From a virus (taxonomy: Duplodnaviria; Caudoviricetes), in IMG/VR virus record IMGVR_UViG_3300020042_001792, positions 1 to 41,518 of that record: a stretch of DNA of 41,518 nucleotides; one strand, written 5' to 3'. Both the position numbers and the translations under genes were made by a program. A model generated the notes under the pieces. The model ran no database searches. It was not told where the DNA came from and saw only the letters and a list, made by a program, of their open reading frames with translations. This document shows positions 18,369 through 26,442 of this stretch, piece by piece (the stretch's first letter is position 1; the number at the start of each line of letters is the position of its first letter).

Positions 18369-18682
18369 GTGTCTGGTTTGCCTTCCATTTTCAAATGCGC
18401 CAGCAACTCGGCCAGCACAAATGCCTCGCTAGGGTAGCCCTTGATGTAGACCTCGATCTCATGCAGGACGTAGTCGTAGCCGCTGTTGAAGCCCTTGATG
18501 TACTCAGACATCACCGCCTCGCTTTGGGGGCGCTTACAGTCTTTGTGGGCCTCCATGAAGGTGTCAAAGGTGCCCAAGATGCTATCGATGGGCGCAGGCA
18601 TCTTGACGGCCTGAGTGAAGTTGCAGTGCTGGCACTCCATGCGCTGGGTGATGCTGTTGTGAATGATGTGGTCGGTGTTCAT
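18353..18682 (-). CDS. Hypothetical protein with CxxC
   Basis: 109 aa; GGAGG RBS; ATGA overlap. Confidence 0.6.
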   Translation of the reverse strand: MNTDHIIHNSITQRMECQHCNFTQAVKMPAPIDSILGTFDTFMEAHKDCKRPQSEAVMSEYIKGFNSGYDYVLHEIEVYIKGYPSEAFVLAELLAHLKMEGKPDTREST

Positions 18683-18870
18683 GCTGTTACCTCCTGACGG
18701 GCTTCTTGACGTCCACGCTCGACAAAATAGCGTGCGTCTGATTGTTCATCAATGTGTTCGGCTTGCAGCATCTTGCGAATGCCTTCGGCCACGGCCCGCG
18801 CTTTGTCGGCGCTGCTGGCCTTCTCGTAACGATACCCTGCGTTAATGTAGTCCGCCTGTGCGTGCTTCAT
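18679..18870 (-). CDS. Hypothetical protein
   Basis: 63-aa ORF preceded by GAAAGCGAATCGG. Confidence 0.65.
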   Translation of the reverse strand: MKHAQADYINAGYRYEKASSADKARAVAEGIRKMLQAEHIDEQSDARYFVERGRQEARQEVTA

Positions 18871-18904
18871 ATCCGATTCGCTTTCGTTTTAATTTCGTTT
18901 GGGT

Positions 18905-19105
18905 TTAATAATCTTCGCCAGCACGGGCTGGTTGCGCACCCAGAAACTCTGGGTTGTATGGCGCGTTGTAGTTAAACCCGCCCTGCAATGCGTTACGACG
19001 TTTTTGTGCCAGCCTGCAAGCGGCAAGACCAACATAGCCATTGCGCTTGAGCCAACGCTCAAACTGTTCGTCTGACAGGTTGATAATTTTTTGTGTGATG
19101 TTCAT
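18905..19105 (-). CDS. Hypothetical protein
   Basis: 66 aa; ATGA overlap with the upstream gene. Confidence 0.55.
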   Translation of the reverse strand: MNITQKIINLSDEQFERWLKRNGYVGLAACRLAQKRRNALQGGFNYNAPYNPEFLGAQPARAGEDY

Positions 19106-19395
19106 GATGCTGCCGTTTCAATTTCGCCAATAGCACTGTCGATGCTATCTACGGCGCTCTCCAATTCGCTAACAGCGTTTTCTAAGGCATTTGCAGCCTC
19201 TTCCATGGCCTGACCCCTGTCAGCGGCTTGCAAGCCTTCTGGGAGGTTGTCAAACTTCTCACGCTCCTCATCGGCCAGCGACTGAATCTCATCCTTGACG
19301 GACTCGTACTGGCTGCGGATGTCGTCAAGCTGGCCCTTGAGGGATTCGAGTGTCTCGTTGAAGTCAGCAAGGGTCTTGCGGGTTGCGTTGTTCAT
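19102..19395 (-). CDS. Acidic coiled-coil phage protein
   Basis: 97 aa with EE..FDNLPEGLQ..RG..ME motif; GGAG RBS. Confidence 0.7.
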   Translation of the reverse strand: MNNATRKTLADFNETLESLKGQLDDIRSQYESVKDEIQSLADEEREKFDNLPEGLQAADRGQAMEEAANALENAVSELESAVDSIDSAIGEIETAAS

Positions 19396-19511
19396 TCTGC
19401 GTCTCCCTCTGCTTCTTCTGCGGCCTGCTTGGCCTCGTACTCTGCCTGCGCCTTAGCCACCAAACGCTGGATGTCCAGTGCAACTAAACGATCAAATTCT
19501 TGCTGTGTCAT
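19392..19511 (-). CDS. Small hypothetical protein (39 aa)
   Basis: Manual translation MTQQEFDRLVALDIQRLVAKAQAEYEAKQAAEEAEGDAE; AAGGAG RBS; ATGA overlap. Confidence 0.6.
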   Translation of the reverse strand: MTQQEFDRLVALDIQRLVAKAQAEYEAKQAAEEAEGDAE

Positions 19512-19527
19512 TTCAATGCTCCTTCGC

Positions 19528-19549
19528 TTTTAAAGGGGCCGAAGCCCCG
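19528..19549 (-). terminator. Hairpin, probable weak terminator
   Basis: GGGGC-TTCG-GCCCC-TTT after the stop at 19555. Confidence 0.5.
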
Positions 19550-19554
19550 TGGGT

Positions 19555-19848
19555 TTAACGGCTTGTAACCTTGACAGAAAACACGGCGGTGGTCTTGCTG
19601 TACTTAGCGACTTGGTCGGCAGTGATGCCGAGGTCAACGCACAGGGTCTTGTAGTCAACAACAGAACGGTTGGACTCGATGTAAGTGGCCTTGAAGAGGT
19701 CGCCCTCGACAACCTTGTCGCCGCCAGCGGATGCGCTGTCTTTGATGTTGTCCTTGATGGCGTCGGCTTGCTTTGTTAGGTCGGCGATCTGAGCCAAGAG
19801 TGCGCCGAGGGTGTCAACTGCTGCTGGGGTAGTGATGATTGTTGTCAT
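19555..19848 (-). CDS. Hypothetical phage protein
   Basis: 97 aa, first gene after promoter cassette copy 3. Confidence 0.75.
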   Translation of the reverse strand: MTTIITTPAAVDTLGALLAQIADLTKQADAIKDNIKDSASAGGDKVVEGDLFKATYIESNRSVVDYKTLCVDLGITADQVAKYSKTTAVFSVKVTSR

Positions 19849-19960
19849 GATTCGCTTTCGTTAGTTACCTGACGGCTTGATTGCTGTCAGTGATTGCAGT
19901 TTAACCTCAAATTAAACCTCGTCAACACTTTTTTCAAAATAATTTCTAAGGAAAACCCTA
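19849..19960 (-). promoter_or_regulatory. Early promoter/leader cassette, copy 3
   Basis: TAGGGTTTTCCTTAG...TTGACG-N16-TAAACT; GTTTAA-N7-TTAAAC at 19899-19917; leader hairpin 19869-19890. Confidence 0.8.
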
Positions 19961-20257
19961 ATGTTGCTCATTTGCAACACCGAGCAATTCCAGCGTTTCT
20001 TTGAGCAAGTCGTCCTCGTCATAGCCATAGCGCTTTGGAAACCCCTTGGTGCCCAGCCCATGGAGGCCCGTAGCGCCTCTGTGATGCTCAGGACATAAAG
20101 GGATGACATCGTAGTGGCTGGAGCGCCTTCCAGCCCCTGTTCCAGCCCTTTTGTGGTGTAGTTCGGCGGGCGTGCCCTCATACCCCTGCCGCCTGCACAC
20201 CGCACACCCCAGTTCAGCCACCCGGTTCATGTGTTTTTTTTCTTTGAGCGTGGTCAT
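19958..20257 (-). CDS. Ref/DUF968-like HNH-type nuclease
   Basis: GCAVC..AELHH.R.G.G.G....IPLCPEHH; start revised to ATG 20257. Confidence 0.75.
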   Translation of the reverse strand: MTTLKEKKHMNRVAELGCAVCRRQGYEGTPAELHHKRAGTGAGRRSSHYDVIPLCPEHHRGATGLHGLGTKGFPKRYGYDEDDLLKETLELLGVANEQH

Positions 20258-20496
20258 GTGTTCTTCTCCTTGAGTTTGGCTGCTGTCATTAGCACGGCTT
20301 GAACACGAGTCAATGCCAAGTGGCTTATTTCTATAACTTCTTCTTCCGTCAGCCCTGCCCATTCGCGCTTTGATTCCTGCACTAACATGGATGGCTGTAC
20401 TTTTCTTCGGAACAGTAATTCATCTCTATCTGTAATGCCGATTGCCTCAAACCCCTGCTTCTTCATGTTGTCCATAAATTTATCAAAGCGGGTCAT
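20254..20496 (-). CDS. Hypothetical protein ending in a W.GLT...LKEKNT module
   Basis: Start revised to MTRFDKF at 20496 (AAGGAG RBS). Confidence 0.65.
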   Translation of the reverse strand: MTRFDKFMDNMKKQGFEAIGITDRDELLFRRKVQPSMLVQESKREWAGLTEEEVIEISHLALTRVQAVLMTAAKLKEKNT

Positions 20497-20654
20497 GTGT
20501 TCTTCTCCTTCAAAGCCCGCTCCACAGCCTCCATGAACAACAGCCAGTCGGCAGACATGGCCCCGCACTCAACCGCAATGGCCTCGCGCTCCCACTCGGT
20601 CAGACCCACCCACGGCTTCTTGTAGACCTGTGTGTCATCGTCTTCTTCAGTCAT
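20493..20654 (-). CDS. Small protein (53 aa) with WVGLT...LKEKNT module
   Basis: Manual translation MTEEDDDTQVYKKPWVGLTEWERE...ALKEKNT; ATGA overlaps on both sides. Confidence 0.7.
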   Translation of the reverse strand: MTEEDDDTQVYKKPWVGLTEWEREAIAVECGAMSADWLLFMEAVERALKEKNT

Positions 20655-21283
20655 GTGTTCTTATCCTTAATATCGTAAAACCAATCGCCTCCCGCACTCC
20701 ACTTGCGCGTGCCGTCGACCGTCCAAATTTCTTTGGCCGCTTGAAAGTCAGGGAACTTGGTCTCAGCAGGAATTAAGGACTGGTCGTACCACAGGCATCG
20801 GTTGTTTGGCTGGCAAGCAAACTGGCCGTTGTCCAAAGCAATCCAATTGAAAGACTTGTGTTCTTCGGCCTGCTCAGTAAACCCAGTGTCCAACGTCATC
20901 TCGTCGGCGCAGAAGTCAACAGTAAACAAGTAACGACCGAAGTGCCATTGCTTGTCCTTGCCCAAAAACTTGACCCCTAAATTGCGCAGGCCAATCTTTT
21001 CCACGATGGTGAATTGATAGCCCATGCAATCCCAAAGCTGCAAGAAGTCTATGGGCAAATCGCCGTGATCTTCTTTCCAGACGTAAGCGTGCAGGGGCAG
21101 CTTGTCGTACAGCGCCCCGTAGTTTGGCAACAGCGATTCAATGCGAAACACTTGGCCTCTCAAGGCTTTCAAACTTACCCAAATTGCTGGCTCTAATTCG
21201 CCGTGGCCTTTAATGAAGTTATACAAAAACTCGCGTCTGACAAAGCATTTCATTGGGGGCAAAGATGCCACGATGTAACTCAT
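20651..21283 (-). CDS. Conserved phage protein of unknown function
   Basis: 210 aa, aromatic-rich; LQLWDC, YLFTVD, EHKS, LDNGQFACQPNNR motifs. Confidence 0.8.
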   Translation of the reverse strand: MSYIVASLPPMKCFVRREFLYNFIKGHGELEPAIWVSLKALRGQVFRIESLLPNYGALYDKLPLHAYVWKEDHGDLPIDFLQLWDCMGYQFTIVEKIGLRNLGVKFLGKDKQWHFGRYLFTVDFCADEMTLDTGFTEQAEEHKSFNWIALDNGQFACQPNNRCLWYDQSLIPAETKFPDFQAAKEIWTVDGTRKWSAGGDWFYDIKDKNT

Positions 21284-21474
21284 TGCTTCCCCTTAGTAAA
21301 TCCGCCACGGTTCTTCAGGTCGTGGCAAGTCTGGCATCTCCACTGCGGTGCGCCGCTGCTGTTCTTGCCCTGCACGTTTGCTGGTTGCAGGCGGCACACC
21401 TGACAAGTCTTTCTGATTGCAATCTCCCGCTCAATGCGGTCAAACTCTTCGTCCTCTGGTGTTCTCTCAATCAT
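21280..21474 (-). CDS. Small Zn-finger protein
   Basis: CQVC...CQTC; start revised to MIERTP. Confidence 0.6.
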   Translation of the reverse strand: MIERTPEDEEFDRIEREIAIRKTCQVCRLQPANVQGKNSSGAPQWRCQTCHDLKNRGGFTKGKQ

Positions 21475-21679
21475 GGACGCCGCCCTCTCGGTTAATCTTG
21501 AAAAAATAATCATTGCGCACTTCGCTTGGTGGCACGAACCCGTGGCGCTTCCATGTGCCCATTACGTCAGCACCCCGAGTCCACACCCTGCCCCATGGCG
21601 TGGTGTGCGTGTCTGACAATTCTTGCACCGGGATGATGTCTGCGACCAGTACAAGTTTTTTCCTTTTTTCACTTGCCAT
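21467..21679 (-). CDS. Hypothetical protein
   Basis: Start revised to MASEKRKK (GGAG RBS); TWKRHGFVPPSE motif. Confidence 0.6.
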   Translation of the reverse strand: MASEKRKKLVLVADIIPVQELSDTHTTPWGRVWTRGADVMGTWKRHGFVPPSEVRNDYFFKINREGGVHD

Positions 21680-21821
21680 CGTTTGCTCCAAATTTAAAGA
21701 ACGTGTAAAACAATAAACAAAATCCAATGAGCGCCAACCAATGTATGTGCATGGCCCAGCCATCAAGCAAAACAAGAAACCAACCAACGCTATGCAAAAC
21801 AGAAAGTTGGTAGTGGTTCAC
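21669..21821 (-). CDS. Small membrane protein (50 aa)
   Basis: Manual translation from GTG: MNHYQLSVLHSVGWFLVLLDGWAMHIHWLALIGFCLLFYTFFKFGANDGK; GTGA overlap. Confidence 0.5.
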   Translation of the reverse strand: MNHYQLSVLHSVGWFLVLLDGWAMHIHWLALIGFCLLFYTFFKFGANDGK

Positions 21822-22153
21822 AGCGTAATCTTTCCTTCGGCCCGGAAGTTGGCCTGCTCAGTGCGCCATATTTCCACGCGGGCCTGCGCACCGATCAAAT
21901 CCCAGCGCAGCTTCTCTTCTGCCTCGACGGCAACACGCAGGCCAAGCAGCAACTGCAAATACTCTGGGTCGCTGTACGCCTCCCGCTCTTGCGCATTGAC
22001 CGCCGCCTCCATGCTTCGCTTCATCAAGATGGCCTTGAGGGACTTGCGGTACTCCTCAAGATAAATGCGCTCTGCCTTGGCTTTCGCAAAATGCTTTGCG
22101 TTCGTGATGATGTAGTCGACAGCCTTGTGCGGGTCGCGATGTTCAGAGGTCAT
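21818..22153 (-). CDS. Conserved helical phage protein
   Basis: 111 aa coiled coil, EREAY...WRT..AN.R pattern; GGAGG RBS. Confidence 0.75.
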   Translation of the reverse strand: MTSEHRDPHKAVDYIITNAKHFAKAKAERIYLEEYRKSLKAILMKRSMEAAVNAQEREAYSDPEYLQLLLGLRVAVEAEEKLRWDLIGAQARVEIWRTEQANFRAEGKITL

Positions 22154-22277
22154 AGAACCTCCGCTTGGCCCGCTGGCGCTTGATCACCAACCCAACGAAA
22201 ATTGCTACGCAAATCCAGAACATCAAACCGGACAGCGCCATGAACGTCCAAAAGAAATTTCCAAACGAATCAAACAT
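22143..22277 (-). CDS. Small single-pass membrane protein (44 aa)
   Basis: Manual translation MFDSFGNFFWTFMALSGLMFWICVAIFVGLVIKRQRAKRRFYDL; AAGGAG RBS. Confidence 0.6.
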   Translation of the reverse strand: MFDSFGNFFWTFMALSGLMFWICVAIFVGLVIKRQRAKRRFYDL

Positions 22278-22785
22278 TGCCTTCTCCTTTTTTTATATTT
22301 GCCCACTTAAATTGTGCAGACATCATTTCATCAAAATCAAAGTATTTTCCAAAACAACTGCGGAACGATGTCTCTTCATCGTCAAAGCCCCACACCCTGT
22401 TGTCGTAGATGTACACGGCTGACGGCATGGTGATCGTGCCATCAATAAATTCCAGCGCTTTTGGTGTAGCCCTCCAGACGCCTGATCGGTTGGACTTTGA
22501 CTCAATCAAGCCCCAATGCTCTAGAAGGCAATAATTTTTTCCTTTAAGCATCCAGCGCGGGCCTTTGTTCTGCACATTGACCCAGCCGTCGTCATCCTCT
22601 TTGTTGACTGCAATCCAACGCAAAGCCAGAGCCATAGTCTGGTGAAGCCGCGCCCTGTACACCTTGCCGTTGCGGTCACAGCACGGGCAGATAGCGCCGC
22701 CACCTTCAATGGCCTTGCTCCAATTCGTGCGTAACTTGTTGAGCCACGCGGACTCATCGCCAAACATATCAAACTGCTCTGTCAT
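22270..22785 (-). CDS. Hypothetical protein with CPCC motif, possibly winged helix
   Basis: 171-aa ORF; WGLIE...G.WR.T.K pattern. Confidence 0.7.
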   Translation of the reverse strand: MTEQFDMFGDESAWLNKLRTNWSKAIEGGGAICPCCDRNGKVYRARLHQTMALALRWIAVNKEDDDGWVNVQNKGPRWMLKGKNYCLLEHWGLIESKSNRSGVWRATPKALEFIDGTITMPSAVYIYDNRVWGFDDEETSFRSCFGKYFDFDEMMSAQFKWANIKKGEGNV

Positions 22786-22808
22786 TTTTAATCCTTCGCT
22801 GTTAATTT

Positions 22809-22994
22809 TTAATCGTCACGCTCTTGTTGTTCCACCTCCATGCGCTCAGCCATATCCCACGCATCTATCGCGACATCTTGATAGGTGCCCTCAAAATTGG
22901 GACGAGACAGCAGAGCCATCATTGCCATGCCTGCCCAAACTTGCTTCATGCTTGGCTCAGTCATTTTTTTCTCCTGTGCAATTGTTTTTTTCAT
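22809..22994 (-). CDS. Small hypothetical protein
   Basis: 61 aa; may start at the internal Met 22964 after AGGAG. Confidence 0.6.
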   Translation of the reverse strand: MKKTIAQEKKMTEPSMKQVWAGMAMMALLSRPNFEGTYQDVAIDAWDMAERMEVEQQERDD

Positions 22995-23335
22995 ACTTCG
23001 CTCACTTTCAATTTCACCATTCCGCCGACCGTGTCAGCCCAATAAATTCTCAGATCAACGATGTTGCTGTCGTCAACCCAAACCCCTGCGTGCGTACACC
23101 CATCAAGGATGGCCTTGAGCAGGTTGTCAAGATCACGACGTCGGTTGTCAGGACGGAATGCCTGAATCTCGACTCGCATCTTCCCGGCAAAGTTTTTGCT
23201 GCCGCGGTGGATCAGCACTTGATCGGCAACATCCTTGCGGTACTGCCGACCCTTCTCGCTGATGATCATGCGACCTTGGAACGTGCGCCAATAGGTGTTC
23301 ACGCTCGGAGGCCACGGCAAAGTCAATTCATTCAT
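22991..23335 (-). CDS. rusA: RusA-family Holliday junction resolvase
   Basis: LPWPPSVNTYWR...RRRDLDNLLKAILDG..HAGVWVDDSNI. Confidence 0.92.
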   Translation of the reverse strand: MNELTLPWPPSVNTYWRTFQGRMIISEKGRQYRKDVADQVLIHRGSKNFAGKMRVEIQAFRPDNRRRDLDNLLKAILDGCTHAGVWVDDSNIVDLRIYWADTVGGMVKLKVSEV

Positions 23336-23601
23336 TGACGCTGCTCAGGAACGCGATTGAACAAACACTCGGCTGCATTGCGAAGTGCAGTGCAAACCGT
23401 GCCCTCGTCCTCCATGTCGGCCATGTCCAGCAGCATTTGAGCGCAAGCCCGTCGCTCCAAAAACATTGCCTGTTTTGTTGTTTGAATTGCAACGGCCATG
23501 ATCTCAGCCTTTGCTTCAGTCAACGCTTGATTGAACTCATCTTGTGTAAACAGGGTTTGGCCCTGCGACAAAATATTTGACTCAAATTTTTTCATTTCCA
23601 T
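23332..23601 (-). CDS. Hypothetical protein
   Basis: 89-aa ORF coupled to its neighbours. Confidence 0.65.
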   Translation of the reverse strand: MEMKKFESNILSQGQTLFTQDEFNQALTEAKAEIMAVAIQTTKQAMFLERRACAQMLLDMADMEDEGTVCTALRNAAECLFNRVPEQRQ

Positions 23602-23840
23602 TCTCCGTTGTTACCTCGATTACCTTTTGACCACTGGTCTCGAACATCTCTTTCAAGTATTGAGCCGGGATGCAAATCGTTCCATCCTTTGACCCAGCGA
23701 CCTCTATCATTCGTGTATCCCCTGAGCCATCGGTGCGCAAAATCACGATCTTGTAGTCGCTGAGTAAGAACCCATCGGACAAGGCAACGATGGCGATGCT
23801 CGTCTGCACCTTGTCCTTCTTTGTTTCCCTCAACATTCAA
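23592..23840 (-). CDS. Hypothetical phage protein
   Basis: 82 aa; EHRHRCLVR...QW.KGNRG motif; overlaps the helicase stop. Confidence 0.65.
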   Translation of the reverse strand: MNVEGNKEGQGADEHRHRCLVRWVLTQRLQDRDFAHRWLRGYTNDRGRWVKGWNDLHPGSILERDVRDQWSKGNRGNNGEWK

Positions 23841-24841
23841 AATGCTCCTCCACCATCAAATGACATTGCAACCGCTCCACCCTGCTCGGTGAACTGCTGA
23901 CTGTCTTTATCAAACCATAGGGAGAACCAATCCTCTGCTTCGCCGTTGCGCTGCTTCTCGCACATCAGCATGGCGTCGGACAACTTGTCGTCAGCAAAAC
24001 CTTTCTTCTGCTTATCGTGTTCTTTTTTCTTGTTACGCCACATCAACAGCACGTTGTCTACTTGGTCTGCAATTGCACCAGTGCCTTTGATGTCGTTTTT
24101 GTTTGGCTGCATCTCTTCGTTCTGCAACTTGCGGATGTGATGGATCAGGTGGATGTGAATGTTGTGATCACGCGCCAGCGCTGTCAACTCATCAACAAAC
24201 ATCTTCTGCGCGTTGTAATCATCTTCACCAGACACGCACTTCATGAGTGAGTCAATAAAAACGTGGGTGACGCCCAACTCCATTGCGCTGTAACGAGCCA
24301 TGGCAATTACCTGCTGCGAGTTGACCGTGCCCTGTTGGTCGTAGAGCCACAGACGGTTGCCTGCAAATGCGTGAAAGCGGTCTAGTATCTTGCCCATGTA
24401 CTTTTCTTTGGACATGAATTTTGGAAACTCAATGTTCTCGCCTGCGAATTGACGCAGCATTCGATACAGCGTGCGCTTAGGCTTCATCTCAAACGATGCA
24501 ATGCAAATCTTTTGCTTTTGCTTAATCAGACTCAGAGCCACCTGCCCGGTGATTAGGGACTTGCCGCCGCCATTGGAACCAGCGTAAAGGGTGACCTCGC
24601 CGGGACGGTATCGAAAACTGTGTTCGGTCTTAGGCCAAGGCATGGTCTGACTGACGTCGGCCACAGGGTTGGCGATCTCGTCCCGCAACTCTTCAAGCCA
24701 ACCGCTTACCGCCTTGACCTTGTGCGTGATGTCTGTCGCGTGCAGGTACTTATCGACGTCAACGTCTTCTGGCTTCAAGACTCGAACGCGACGTGCCTCA
24801 TCAAGGGCTTTGGCCCGTTCTTGGACGCTAGATGTTTGCAT
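23837..24841 (-). CDS. DnaB-like (SF4) replicative helicase
   Basis: Walker A AGSNGGGKS, SFEM, VFIDSL, KGTGAIADQVD, KQRNG. Confidence 0.9.
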   Translation of the reverse strand: MQTSSVQERAKALDEARRVRVLKPEDVDVDKYLHATDITHKVKAVSGWLEELRDEIANPVADVSQTMPWPKTEHSFRYRPGEVTLYAGSNGGGKSLITGQVALSLIKQKQKICIASFEMKPKRTLYRMLRQFAGENIEFPKFMSKEKYMGKILDRFHAFAGNRLWLYDQQGTVNSQQVIAMARYSAMELGVTHVFIDSLMKCVSGEDDYNAQKMFVDELTALARDHNIHIHLIHHIRKLQNEEMQPNKNDIKGTGAIADQVDNVLLMWRNKKKEHDKQKKGFADDKLSDAMLMCEKQRNGEAEDWFSLWFDKDSQQFTEQGGAVAMSFDGGGAF

Positions 24842-25262
24842 AGTGCATTACCTCTTCAATTCGCTGTTGTGCCACTTTTAATCTTTCGTTGTCGCCATCG
24901 GTCAACGCCTTACCTCGGCGCATATCGCTGGCGCAAATGCTGACCACCAAAGCCTCAAACGCAAGGATACGCATCAGGTCGCTGGCGTAGAACGCTGGCT
25001 TCATGCGCGGCTTGCCTTCGGCGGGATAGTCCCTCCGCTTTTCGTCCGGGGGAAATAGGTCAGTCATGTCCATGCCGACAGCCTGCACCACGTTTAAGGT
25101 TTCGCACCCGGCAAAGCAGTGAAGCAGGATGCGGCCATCGTCAGTCTCGCGGATCGCAAGGGATGGCCCCTTGTCGTTGTGCGCAGGGCAGCAGGCAGTC
25201 CATGAGCCATTGCGGCCCTTAACCTTCTGCAACCGTGACAGCAGCAACTCGACTGGGGTCAT
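24828..25262 (-). CDS. Primase-type CHC2 zinc-finger protein
   Basis: ACCPAHND..PSL...LLHCFAGC; no TOPRIM domain. Confidence 0.8.
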   Translation of the reverse strand: MTPVELLLSRLQKVKGRNGSWTACCPAHNDKGPSLAIRETDDGRILLHCFAGCETLNVVQAVGMDMTDLFPPDEKRRDYPAEGKPRMKPAFYASDLMRILAFEALVVSICASDMRRGKALTDGDNERLKVAQQRIEEVMHYANI

Positions 25263-25576
25263 GCTTGTCCTCTTTCTCGTATGGCTTCAGCGCAATCCTT
25301 TGGCCTCAGCGAGGGCCATACACCAACTTCTTCACACGCTTTCGCACACGCCTCACGCTCTTTCTCTTCTATTTGCCATTCAAGTTGGTCAAGCAAATCA
25401 ACAATAGAATCTCCATGACCAGTCGCAAAACCTTTATTCATAATCCAGTTAGCCACCACCTCACGCTCTTTGGCGGCTATTGTTTCCAACTGCCCACGCA
25501 AATTTGCAACCTTGAGCAACAGAGAATCTCTTGCCGTTTTGAGGCGCTCAAATTCAATCGCTTCATCGTCCGTCAT
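25259..25576 (-). CDS. Hypothetical protein with EREACAK..E...AEAIR.RG module
   Basis: 105 aa; ATGA overlaps. Confidence 0.65.
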   Translation of the reverse strand: MTDDEAIEFERLKTARDSLLLKVANLRGQLETIAAKEREVVANWIMNKGFATGHGDSIVDLLDQLEWQIEEKEREACAKACEEVGVWPSLRPKDCAEAIRERGQA

Positions 25577-26211
25577 ATCACTCTCCTGCTCACGGCTGGC
25601 GTGCCTGCATCATCTTCCCAACGACGTTGGTTGATGTACGTCAGCGGTGCTGGCTCAAAACCGCTTGTCCACTGCTCAGAGGACTTCAGGTCGTTGACAT
25701 TGGCAATGATTGCGTCGGCCACGTCATCAAGACCACCACGCTCCCACTTGACCAGCACGGCAGCTTTGCCGACCTTGCGTTTACTAGACGGCCATGCTGC
25801 CCAAAACTCTTCAAAGCGCGTTGCCGACAATGTATTCTTATTCTTATTCTTTATCTTATTAGGGTTCGTGTTCGGTTTCGATTCGGTTAGCGATTCGGTT
25901 TTCTTCGGCCTGCCGCCTCGCTTTCCAAGGGATCGGTTTGTTGCGACTTGATGTTGATATTTTGCTATTTCAGCATCACAACGTGTGTTTTGATACCCTT
26001 CTTCGGTCAATTCAAAAAACTCACCCAAAACCGATTCGGTTATGTCAAGATCAAGGCGAATTTTTCGTGCTACAAAGGCGGTGTCAGAGGGGATAGGTGC
26101 CTCGCTGATGTAGTAAAGATCAAGCAGGCGACGGTATGCAAGGTCTTCAGCATCTGACAAATGTGTGGTGTGGGTGATGTAGTCACCGAGATGGAATTTG
26201 TACCAAATCAC
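25573..26211 (-). CDS. DUF1376/YdaU-family replication initiator-like protein
   Basis: WYKFHLGDY..T.HLS..E..AYRRLLD.YY; GKRGGRP; C-terminal FEEFW.AWP..K..K...P.TY.N..RWED. Confidence 0.85.
   Translation of the reverse strand: MIWYKFHLGDYITHTTHLSDAEDLAYRRLLDLYYISEAPIPSDTAFVARKIRLDLDITESVLGEFFELTEEGYQNTRCDAEIAKYQHQVATNRSLGKRGGRPKKTESLTESKPNTNPNKIKNKNKNTLSATRFEEFWAAWPSSKRKVGKAAVLVKWERGGLDDVADAIIANVNDLKSSEQWTSGFEPAPLTYINQRRWEDDAGTPAVSRRVI
25866..25940. repeat. Iteron-like repeats, probable replication origin inside the initiator gene
   Basis: TCGGT-type repeats at 25872, 25883, 25895, 25906 and 25918, next to an AT-rich tract at about 25829-25862; palindrome AACCGATTCGGTT at 26029-26041. Confidence 0.65.
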
Positions 26212-26417
26212 TTGATCTCTCCAAAGAGGTCAGGGCGCAACGTTTTGCGTTTAACCTTGCCGTTGGTAAATTTCTCGATCATCAATGCGAGGCCCGCGCT
26301 GGGCACATCACGCCCAGTTGTGAGTAGCGACATCCACGTCTTGCTCACGCCAAGTTGGCGGGCAAGCGCGATCTGTGCGCCCCTTGGTTTGTCCTGAAAA
26401 TACTCTTGAAGAGTCAT
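26208..26417 (-). CDS. Cro/YdaS-like HTH regulator
   Basis: AQIALARQLGVSKTWMS HTH; IE..T.G.V....LRPD.F; AGGAGG RBS. Confidence 0.85.
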   Translation of the reverse strand: MTLQEYFQDKPRGAQIALARQLGVSKTWMSLLTTGRDVPSAGLALMIEKFTNGKVKRKTLRPDLFGEIK

Positions 26418-26442
26418 GCATCCTCCTGTGGTTGTTTAAGTG

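Larger units (their letters stand above)
20254..20668 (-). repeat. Three 18-bp direct repeats AAGGA(G/T)AAGAACACATGA at gene junctions
   Basis: Copies at 20254-20271, 20493-20510 and 20651-20668. Confidence 0.85.

Noticed and set aside
23582-23836. Alternative-frame 84-aa ORF
   Set aside because: Overlaps 23592..23840, which has a more recognisable phage motif and couples to the helicase stop; cannot be fully excluded.
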